Shown here piece after piece: positions 46,501-59,000 of a stretch of DNA of 64,000 nt. Source of the DNA: Eledone cirrhosa. Its lineage: Eukaryota. Under the pieces are notes generated by a model. It was given only the letters and a program-made list of their open reading frames with translations, did not search any database and had not been told where the DNA came from. A program made the position numbers and the translations under genes. The stretch covers positions 110,856,001 to 110,920,000 of the forward strand of contig OZ024744.1 in NCBI GenBank assembly GCA_964016885.1, read 5' to 3'. The first letter of the stretch is position 1. The number at the start of each line of letters is the position of its first letter.

Positions 46501-49500
46501 TTACCTTGCCCAGAACAAATTAAAACTATGTAATCCACTATACCTTACCTTGCCCTGAACACAGTAAAACTACACAATCCACTATAGCTTACATTGCTCT
46601 GAACACAGTAGAACTACACAATCCACTATAGCTTACCTTGCCCTGAACACAGTAAAACTACACAACCCACTATAACTTACGTTGCCCTAAACACAGTAAA
46701 CTACAGAATCCACTATAACTTACCTTGCCCTGAACAAAGTAAAACTACGTAATCCACTATAACTTACCTTGCCCTGAAAACAGTAAAACTACACAATCCA
46801 CTATAAATTACCTTGCCCTGATCACACTAAATCTACACAATCACTATAACTTTTTTTGCCCTGAACACAGTAAAACTACACAAACCACTATAAATTACCT
46901 TGCTCTAAACACAGTAAAGCTAGACAATCCACTATAACTTACCTTGCCCTGAACACTGTAAAACTACACAATCCACTATAACTTAACTGGCCCTGAACAC
47001 AGTAAAACTACACAATCCACTATAATTTAACTGGCCCTGAACACACTAAACTACACAATCCATTATAACTTACCTTGCTCTGAACACAGGAAAACTACAC
47101 AATCCACTATAACTTAACTGGGCCTGAACACACTAAAACAACACAATCCACTATAAGTTACCTTGCTCTGAACACAGTAAAACTACACAATCCACTATAA
47201 CTTAACTGGCCCTGAACACAGTAAAACTACACAATTCACTATAAGCTACCTTGCACTGAACACAGTAAAACTACTTAATTCACTATAACTTACCTTGCCC
47301 TGAACACAGTAAAACTACACAATCCACTACACCTTACCTTGCCCTGAACACAGTAAAACTACACAATCCACTATAACTTACCTTGCTCTGAACACAGTGA
47401 AACTACACAATCCACTATAACTTACCTTGCCCTGAACACAGTAAAACTACACAATCCACTTTAACTTACCTTGCCCTGAACACTGTAAAACTACACAATC
47501 CACTATAACTTACATTGCCCTGAACACAGTAAAACTACACAATCCACTATACCTAACCTTGCCCTGAACACAGTAAAACTACACAATCCACTATAACTTA
47601 CCTTGCTCTGAACACAGTAAAACTACACAATCCACTATACCTTACCTTGCCCTGAACACAGTAAAACTACACAATCCACTATAACTTAACTGGCCCTGAA
47701 CACAGTAAACTACAGAATCCACTATAACTTACCTTGCCCAGAACAAAGTAAAACTACGTAATCCACTATACCGTACCTTGCCCTGAACACAGTAAAACTA
47801 CACAATCCACTATAACTTACTTTGCCCTGAACACAGTAAAACTACACAAACAACTATAACTTACCTTGCTCTAAACACAGTAAAACTACACAATCCACTA
47901 TAACTTACCTTGCCCTGAACACATTAAAACTACACAATCCACTATAACTTACCTTGCCCTGAACACAGTAAAACTACACAATCCACTATAAGTTACCTTG
48001 CTCTGAACACAGTAAAACTACACAATCCACTATAACTTAACTGGCCCTGAACACAGTAAAACTACACGATCCACTATAGCGTACCTTGCCCTGAAAACAG
48101 TAAAACTACACGATCCACTATAACTTACCTTGCTCTAAACACAGTAAAACTACACAATCCACTATAAATTACCTTGCCCTGATCACAGTAAAACTACATA
48201 ATCACTATAACTTTTTTTGCCCTGAACACAGTAAAACTACACAAACCACTATAACTTACCTTGCCCTGAAAACAGTAAAACTACACAATCCACTATAACT
48301 TACCTTGCCCTGAACACAGTAAAACTACACAAACCACTATAAATTACCTTGCCCTGAACACAGTAAAACTACACAATCCACTATAACTTACCTTGCCCTG
48401 AACACAGTAAAACTACACAAACCACTATAAATTACCTTGCCCTGAACACAGTAAATCTACACAATCCACTATAACTTACCTTGCCCTGAACACAGTAAAA
48501 CTACACAATCCACTATAAATTACCTTGCTCTAAACACAGTAAAGCTAGACAATCCACTATAACTGAACTGGCCCTGAACACAGTAAAACTACACAATCCA
48601 CTATAACTTAACTGGCCCTGAACACAGTAAAACTACACAATTCACTATAACTGAAGTGGCCCTGAACACAGTAAAACTACTTAATTCACTATAACTTACC
48701 TTGCCCTGAACACAGTAAAACTACACAATGCACTATACCTAACCTTGCCCTGAACACAGTAAACTACACAATCCACTATAACTTAACTGGCCCTGAACAC
48801 AGTAAACTACAGAATCCACTATAACTTACCTTGCCCAGAACAAATTAAAACTATGTAATCCACTATACCTTACCTTGCCCTGAACACAGTAAAACTACAC
48901 AATCCACTATAGCTTACATTGCTCTGAACACAGTAGAACTACACAATCCACTATAGCTTACCTTGCCCTGAACACAGTAAAACTACACAATCACTATAAC
49001 TTTTTTTGCCCTGAACACAGTAAAACTACACAAACCACTATAACTTACCTTGCCCTGAACACAGTAAAACTACACAATCCACTATAACTTACCTTGCCCT
49101 GAACACAGTAAAACTACACAATCCACTATAACTTACCTTGCCCTGAACCCAGTAAAACTACACAAACCACTATAAATTACCTTGCCCTGAACACAGTAAA
49201 TCTACACAATCCACTATAACTTACCTTGCCCTGAACACAGTAAAACTACACGATCCACTATAACTTACCTTGCTCTAAACACAGTAAAACTACACAATCC
49301 ACTATAAATTACCTTGCCCTGATCACAGTAAAACTACACAATCACTATAACTTTTTTTGCCCTGAACACAGTAAAACTACACAAACCACTATAACTTACC
49401 TTGCCCTGAACACAGTAAAACTACACAATCCACTATAACTTACCTTGCCCTGAACACAGTAAAACTACACAAACCACTATAAATTACCTTGCCCTGTACA

Positions 49501-50050
49501 CAGTAAAACTACACAATCCACTATAACTTACCTTGCCCTGAACACAGTAAAACTACACAAACCACTATAAATTACCTTGCTCTAAACACAGTAAAGCTAG
49601 ACAATCCACTATAACTGAACTGGCCCTGAACACAGTAAAACTACACAATCCACTATAACTTAACTGGCCCTGAACACAGTAAAACTACACAATTCACTAT
49701 AACTGAAGTGGCCCTGAACACAGTAAAACTACTTAATTCACTATAACTTACCTTGCCCTGAACACAGTAAAACTACACAATGCACTATACCTAACCTTGC
49801 CCTGAACACAGTAAAACTACACAATCCACTATAACTTAACTGGCCCTGAACACAGTAAACTACAGAATCCACTATAACTTACCTTGCCCAGAACAAATTA
49901 AAACTATGTAATCCACTATACCTTACCTTGCCCTGAACACAGTAAAACTACACAATCCACTATAGCTTACATTGCTCTGAACACAGTAGAACTACACAAT
50001 CCACTATAGCTTACCTTGCCCTGAACACAGTAAAACTACACAACCCACTA
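33000..50050. repeat. Dispersed pairs of a 1053-bp (24-monomer) higher-order repeat
   Basis: The marker ACTGAAGTGGCCC occurs at 33155/34208, 38071/39124, 45271/46324 (offset 1053 each) and 48650/49702 (1052). A single copy lies at 41231. Confidence 0.85.
40110..45000. repeat. ~4.9 kb copy of ~28170-32930 (non-adjacent, ~12 kb offset)
   Basis: Offsets are 28194/40133 (11939), then 30921/42994 and 32364/44437 (12073). The 134-bp difference equals three extra monomers plus a 2-bp C insertion around 41221-41350. Confidence 0.85.
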
Positions 50051-53039
50051 TAACTTACGTTGCCCTAAACACAGTAAACTACAGAATCCACTATAACTTA
50101 CCTTGCCCTGAACAAAGTAAAACTACGTAATCCACTATAACTTACCTTGCCCTGAAAACAGTAAAACTACACAATCCACTATAAATTACCTTGCCCTGAT
50201 CACACTAAATCTACACAATCACTATAACTTTTTTTGCCCTGAACACAGTAAAACTACACAAACCACTATAAATTACCTTGCTCTAAACACAGTAAAGCTA
50301 GACAATCCACTATAACTTACCTTGCCCTGAACACTGTAAAACTACACAATCCACTATAACTTAACTGGCCCTGAACACAGTAAAACTACACAATCCACTA
50401 TAATTTAACTGGCCCTGAACACACTAAACTACACAATCCATTATAACTTACCTTGCTCTGAACACAGGAAAACTACACAATCCACTATAACTTAACTGGG
50501 CCTGAACACACTAAAACAACACAATCCACTATAAGTTACCTTGCTCTGAACACAGTAAAACTACACAATCCACTATAACTTAACTGGCCCTGAACACAGT
50601 AAAACTACACAATTCACTATAAGCTACCTTGCACTGAACACAGTAAAACTACTTAATTCACTATAACTTACCTTGCCCTGAACACAGTAAAACTACACAA
50701 TCCACTACACCTTACCTTGCCCTGAACACAGTAAAACTACACAATCCACTATAACTTACCTTGCTCTGAACACAGTGAAACTACACAATCCACTATAACT
50801 TACCTTGCCCTGAACACAGTAAAACTACACAATCCACTTTAACTTACCTTGCCCTGAACACTGTAAAACTACACAATCCACTATAACTTACATTGCCCTG
50901 AACACAGTAAAACTACACAATCCACTATACCTAACCTTGCCCTGAACACAGTAAAACTACACAATCCACTATAACTTACCTTGCTCTGAACACAGTAAAA
51001 CTACACAATCCACTATAACTTACCTTGCCCTGAACACAGTAAAACTACACAATCCACTATAACTTAACTGGCCCTGAACACAGTAAACTACAGAATCCAC
51101 TATAACTTACCTTGCCCAGAACAAAGTAAAACTACGTAATCCACTATACCGTACCTTGCCCTGAACACAGTAAAACTACACAATCCACTATAACTTACTT
51201 TGCCCTGAACACAGTAAAACTACACAAACAACTATAAATTACCTTGCTCTTAACACAGTAAAACTACACAATCCACTATAACTTACCTTGCCCTGAACAC
51301 ATTAAAACTACACAATCCACTATAACATACCTTGCCCTGAACCCAGTAAAACTACACAATCCACTATAAATTACCTTACCCTGAACACAGTAAAACTACA
51401 CAATCCACTATAACTTACCTTGCCATGAACACAGTAAAACTACACAATACACTATACCTAATCTTGCCCTGAACACATTAATACTACACAATCCACTATA
51501 ACTTACCTCGCTCTGAACACAGTAAAACTACACAATCCACCATACCTTACCTTGCCCTGAACACAGTAAAATTACACAATCCACTATAACTTAACTGGCC
51601 CTGAACACAGTAAACTACAGAATCCACTATAACTTACCTTGCCCAGAACAAATTAAAACTACGTAATCCATTATACCTTACCTTGCCCTGAACACAATAA
51701 AACTAAACAATCCACTATAGCTTACATTGCTCTGAACACAGTAAAACTACACAATCCACTATAGCTTACCTTGCCCTGAACACAGTAAAACTACGTAATC
51801 CACTATAACTTACCTTGCCCTGAACACAGTAAAACTACACAATCCACTATAACCTACCATTGCCCTGAACACAGTAAACTACAGAATCCTCTATAACTTA
51901 CCTTGCCCAGAACAAAGTAAAACTACGTAATCCACTATAACTTACCTTGCCCTGAACACAGTAAAACTACACAATCCACTATAGCTTACCTTGCCCTGAA
52001 AACAGTAAAACTACACAATCCACTATAACTTACCTTGCCCTGATCACAGTAAAACTACACAATCACTATAACTTTTTTTGCCCTGAACACAGTAAAACTA
52101 CACAAACCACTATAAATTACCTTGCTCTAAACACAGTAAAGCTAGACAATCCACTATAACTTACCTTGCCCTGAACACAGTAAAACTACACAATCCACTA
52201 TAACTTAACTGGCCCTGAACACAGTAAAACTACACAATCCACTATAACTTAACTGGCCCTGAACCCACTAAACTACAGAATCCACTATAACTTACCTTGT
52301 TCTGAACACAGGAAAACTACACAATCCACTATAACTTAACTGGTCCTGAACACAGTAAAACTACACAATCCACTATAACTTACCTTGCCCTGAACACAGT
52401 AAAACTACAAAATCCACTATAACTTGCATTGCCCTGAACACAGTAAAACTACACAAACCACTATAAATTACCTTGCCCTGAACACAGTAAAACTACACAA
52501 TCCACTATAGTTTACCTTGCCCTGAACACAGTAAAACTACTTAATTCACTATAACTTACTTTGCCCTGAACACACTAAAACTACACAATCCAATATACCT
52601 TACCTTGCCCTGAACACAGTAAAACTACACAATCCACTATACCTTACCTTGCCCTTAACACAGTAAAACTACACAATCCACTATAGCTTACATTGCTCTG
52701 AACACAGTAAAACTACACCTTCCATTATAGCTTAGCTTGCCCTGAAAACAGTAGAACTACACAATCCACTATAAGTTACCTTGCCCTGAACACAGTAAAA
52801 CTACACGATCCACTATAACTTACCTTGCACTGAACACAGTAAAACTACACAATCCACTATAAATTATCTTGCTCTGAACACAGTAAAAATACACAATCCA
52901 CTATAACTTAACTGGCCCTGAACACAGTAAACTACAGAATCCACTATAACTTAACTGGCCCTGAACACAGTAAAACTACAGAATCCACTCTAAGTTACCT
53001 TGCTCTGAACACAGTAAACTACAGAATCCACTATAACTT

Positions 53040-56000
53040 ACCTTGCCCTGAACACATTAAAACTACACAATCCACTATAACTTACCTTGCTCTGAACACA
53101 GTAAACTACGTAATCCACTATAACTTACCTTGCTCTGAACACAGTAAACTACAGAATCCACTATAACTTGCCTTGCCCAGAACAAAGTAAAACTACGTAA
53201 TCCACTATACCTTACCTTGCCCTGAACACAGTAAAACTACACAATCCACTATAACTTACCTTGCCCTGAAGACAGTAAAGCTACAAAATCCACTATAACT
53301 TACCTTGCACTGAACACAGTAAAACTACACAGTCCACTATAACTTACCTTGCCCTGAAGACAGTAAAGCTACACAATCCACTATAACTTACCTTGCTCTG
53401 AACACAGTAAAACTACGTGATCCACTATACCTTACCTTGCCCTGAACACAGTAAAACTACACAATCCACTATAACTTACATTGCCCTGAACACAGTAAAA
53501 CTACATAATCCACTATAAATTACCTTGCCCTGAACACAGTAAAACTACACAATCCACTATAAGTTACCTTGCTCTGAACACAGTAAAACTACATAATCCA
53601 CTATAACTTAACTGGCTCTGAACACAGTAAAACTACACAATCCACTATAACTTAACTGGCCCTGAACACAGTAAAATTACACAATCCACTATAACTGAAC
53701 TGGCCCTGAACACAGTAAACTGCAGGATCCACTATAACTTACCTTGCTCTGAACACAGTAAAACTACACAATCCACTATAACGTAACTGGCCCTGAACAC
53801 AGTAAACTGCAGGATCCACTATAACCTACCTTGCTCTGAACACAGTAAAACTACACAATCCAATATAACTTAACTGGCCCTGAACACATTAAAACTACAC
53901 AATCCACTATAACTTACTTTGCCCTGAACACAGTAAAACTACACAAACAACTATAACTTACCTTGCTCTAAACACAGTAAAACTACACAATCCACTATAA
54001 CTTACCTTGCCCTGAACACATTAAAACTACACAATCCACTATAACTTATCTTGCCCTGAACACAGTAAAACTACAAAATCCACTATAACTTAACTGGCCC
54101 TGAACACAGTAAAACTACACGATCCTCTATAACTTACCTTGCCCTGAACAATTTAAAACTACACAATCCACTATAACTTACCTTGCCCTGAACACAGTAA
54201 AACTACACAATCCACTATAAATTACCTTACCCTGAACACAGTAAAACTACACAATCCACTATAGCGTACCTTGCCCTGAAAACAGTAAAACTACACAATC
54301 CACTATAACTTACCTTGCCCTGATCACAGTAAAACTACACAATCACTATAACTTTTTTTGCCCTGAACACAGTAAAACTACACAAACCACTATAAATTAC
54401 CTTGCTCTAAACACAGTAAAGCTAGACAATCCACTATAACTTACCTTGCCCTGAACACAGTAAAACTACACAATCCACTATAACTTAACTGGCCCTGAAC
54501 ACATTAAAACTACACAATCCACTATAACTTACCTTGCTCTGAACACAGTAAACTACGTAATCCACTATAACTTACCTTGCTCTGAACACAGTAAACTACA
54601 GAATCCACTATAACTTGCCTTGCCCAGAACAAAGTAAAACTACGTAATCCACTATACCTTACCTTGCCCTGAACACAGTAAAACTACACGATCCTCTATA
54701 ACTTACCTTGCCCTGAACAATTTAAAACTACACAATCCACTATAACTTACCTTGCCCTGAAGACAGTAAAGCTACACAATCCACTATAACTTACCTTGCA
54801 CTGAACACAGTAAAACTACACAGTCCACTATAACTTACCTTGCCCTGAAGACAGTAAAGCTACACAATCCACTATAACTTACCTTGCTCTGAACACAGTA
54901 AAACTACGTGATCCACTATACCTTACCTTGCCCTGAACACAGTAAAACTACACAATCCACTATAACTTACATTGCCCTGAACACAGTAAAACTACATAAT
55001 CCACTATAAATTACCTTGCCCTGAACACAGTAAAACTACACAATCCACTATAAGTTACCTTGCTCTGAACACAGTAAAACTACATAATCCACTATAACTT
55101 AACTGGCTCTGAACACAGTAAAACTACACAATCCACTATAACTTAACTGGCCCTGAACACAGTAAAATTACACAATCCACTATAACTGAACTGGCCCTGA
55201 ACACAGTAAACTGCAGGATCCACTATAACTTACCTTGCTCTGAACACAGGAAAACTACACAATCCACTATAACTTAACTGGCTCTGAACACAGTAAAACT
55301 ACACAATCCACTATAACGTAACTGGCCCTGAACACAGTAAACTGCAGGATCCACTATAACCTACCTTGCTCTGAACACAGTAAAACTACACAATCCAATA
55401 TAACTTAACTGGCCCTGAACACATTAAAACTACACAATCCACTATAACTTACTTTGCCCTGAACACAGTAAAACTACACAAACAACTATAACTTACCTTG
55501 CTCTAAACACAGTAAAACTACACAATCCACTATAACTTACCTTGCCCTGAACACATTAAAACTACACAATCCACTATAACTTATCTTGCCCTGAACACAG
55601 TAAAACTACACAATCCACTATAACTTAACTGGCCCTGAACACAGTAAAACTACACGATCCACTATAACTTACCTTGCCCTGAACAATTTAAAACTACACA
55701 ATCCACTATAACTTACCTTGCCCTGAACACAGTAAAACTACACAATCCACTATAAATTACCTTACCCTGAACACAGTAAAACTACACAATCCACTATAGC
55801 GTACCTTGCCCTGAAATCAGTAAAACTACACAATCCACTATAACTTACCTTGCCCTGATCACAGTAAAACTACACAATCACTATAACTTTTTTTGCCCTG
55901 AACACAGTAAAACTACACAAACCACTATAAATTACCTTGCTCTAAACACAGTAAAGCTAGACAATCCACTATAACTTACCTTGCCCTGAACACAGTAAAA

Positions 56001-56040
56001 CTACACAATCCACTATAACTTAACTGGCCCTGAACACATT
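53040..56040. repeat. ~1.5 kb tandem duplication carrying private variants
   Basis: CTGCAGGATCC occurs at 53720/55211 (offset 1491) and 53807/55342 (1535). ACTACGTGATCC, CACAGTCCACT and GAACAATTTAAAAC were seen only in this interval. Confidence 0.85.
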
Positions 56041-59000
56041 AAAACTACACAATCTACTATAAGTTACCTTGCTCTGAACACAGTAAAACTACACAATCCA
56101 CTATAACTTAACTGACCCTGAACACAGTAAAACTACACCATCCACTATAACTTACCTTGCCGTGAACACAGTAAAACTAAACAATCCACTATAACTTACA
56201 TTGCCCTGAACACAGTAAAACTACACAAACCACCACAAATTACCTTGCCCTGAACACAGTAAAATTACACGATCCACTATAGTTTACCTTGCCCTGAACA
56301 CAGTAAAACTACACAAACCACTATAAATTACCTTGCCCTGAACACAGTAAAACTACACAATCCACTATAACTTGCCTTACCCTGAACACAGTAAAACTAT
56401 TTAATTCACTATAACTTACCTTGCCCTGAACACAGTAAAACTACACAATGCACTATACCTAACCTTGCTCTGAACACAGTAAAACTACACAATCCACTAT
56501 AACTTACCTTGCTCTGAACACAGTAAAACTACACAATCCACTATAACTTAACTGGCCCTGAACACAGTAAAACTACACAATCCACTATAACTTAACTGGC
56601 CCTGAACACAGTAAAACTACACAATCCACTATAACTTAACTGGCCATGAACACAGTAAAACTACACAATTCACTATAAGTTACCTTGCTCTGAACACAGT
56701 AAAACTACACAATCCACTATAACTTACCTTGCCCTGAACACAGTAAAACTACAAAATGCACTATAACTTACATGGCCCTGAACACAGTAAAACTACACAA
56801 TCCACTATAAATTACCTTGCCCTGAACACAGTAAAACTACACAATCCACTATAACTTAACTGGCCCTGAACACAGTAAAACTACACAATCACTATAACTT
56901 AACTTGCTCTGAACACAGTAAAACTACACTATCCACTATAACTTAACTGGCCCTGAACACAGTAAAACTACAGAATCCACTATAACTTAACTTGCCCTGA
57001 ACATACTAAAACAACACAATCACTATAACTGAACTGGACCTGAACACAGTGAAACTACACAATCCACTATAACTTAACTTGCTCTGAACACAGTAAAACT
57101 ACACAATCCACTATAACTTAACTGGCCCTGAACACAGTAAAACTACACCATCCACTATAACTTAACTGGCCCTGAACACAGTAAAATTACACAATCCACT
57201 ATAACTTAACTGGCCCTGAACACAGTAAAACTACACAATCCACTATAACTTAACTGGCCCTGAACGCAGTAAAATTACACAATCCACTATAACTTAACTT
57301 GCTCTGAACACAGTAAAACTACACAATCCACTATAACTTAACTGGCCCTGAACACAGTAAAACTACACCATCCACTATAACTTACCTTGCCGTGAACACA
57401 GTAAAACTAAACAATCCACTATAACTTACATTGCCCTGAACACAGTAAAACTACACAAACCACCAGAAATTACCTTGCCCTGAACACAGTATAATTACAC
57501 AATCCACTATAGTTTACCTTGCCCTGAACACAGTAAAACTACACAAACCACTATAGTTTACCTTGCCCTGAACACAGTAAAACTACACAAACCACTATAA
57601 ATTACCTTGCCCTGAACACAGTAAAACTACACAATCCACTATAACTTACCTTGCTCTGAACACAGTAAAACTACACAATCCACTATACCTTACCTTGCCC
57701 TGAACACAGTAAAACTACACAATCCACTATAACTTAACTGGCCCTGAACACAGTAAACTACAGAATCCACTATAACTTACCTTGCCCAGAACAAATTATA
57801 ACTATGTAATCCACTATAACTTACCGTGCCGTGAACACAGTAAAACTACACAATCCACTATAACTTACTTTGCCCTTAACACAGTAAAACTACACAAACC
57901 ACTATAAATTACCTTGCCCTGAAAACAGTAAAACTACACAATCCACTATAAATTACCTTGTCCTGAAAACAGTAAAACTACACAATCCACTATAAATTAC
58001 CTTGCCCTGAACACAGTAAAACTACACAATCCACTATAACTTACTTTGCCATGAACACAGTAAAACTGCACAATCCACTATAACTGAACTGGCCTTGAAC
58101 ACAGTAACACTACACAATGCACTATAACTTAACTGGCCCTGAACACAGTAAAACTACACAATCCACTATAACTTAACTGGCCCTGAACACATTAAAACTA
58201 CACAATCCACTATAAGTTACCTTGCTCTGAACACAGTAAAACTACACAATCCACTATAACTTACCTTGCCCTGAAAACAGTAAAACTACACAATCCACTA
58301 TAACTTACCTTGCCCTGATCACAGTAAAACTACACAATCACTATAAATTACCTTGCTCTAAACACAGTAAAGCTAGACAATCCACTATAACTTACCTTGC
58401 CCTGAACACAGTAAAACTACACAATCCACTATAACTTAACTGGCCATGAACACAGTAAAACTACACAATCCACTATAACTTAACTGGCCCTGAACGCAGT
58501 AAAACTACACAATCCACTATAACTTAACTGGCCCTGAACACAGTAAAACTACACAATCCACTATAACTTACCTTGCCCTGAACACAGTAAAACTACAAAA
58601 TCCACTATAACTTACATTGCCTTGATCACAGTAAAACTACACAAACCACTATAAATTACCTTGCCTTGAACACAGTAAAACTACACAATCCACTATAGCT
58701 TACCTTGCCCTGAAAACAGTAAAACTAAACAATCCACTATAACTTACATTGCCCTGAACACAGTAAAACTACACAAACCACCAGAAATTACCTTGCCCTG
58801 AACACAGTAAAATTACACAATCCACTATAGTTTACCTTGCCCTGAACACAGTAAAACTACTTAATTCACTATAACTTACCTTGCCCTGAACACAGTAAAA
58901 CTACACTATGCACTATACCTAACCTTGCCCTGAACACAGTAAAACTACACAATCCACTATAACTTACCTTGCCCAGAACAAATTAAAACTATGTAATCCA

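Noticed and set aside
53720-53730. CTGCAGGATCC as vector polylinker contamination
   Set aside because: It is two substitutions from the resident CTACAGAATCC variant, sits in register, and has no other vector sequence around it.
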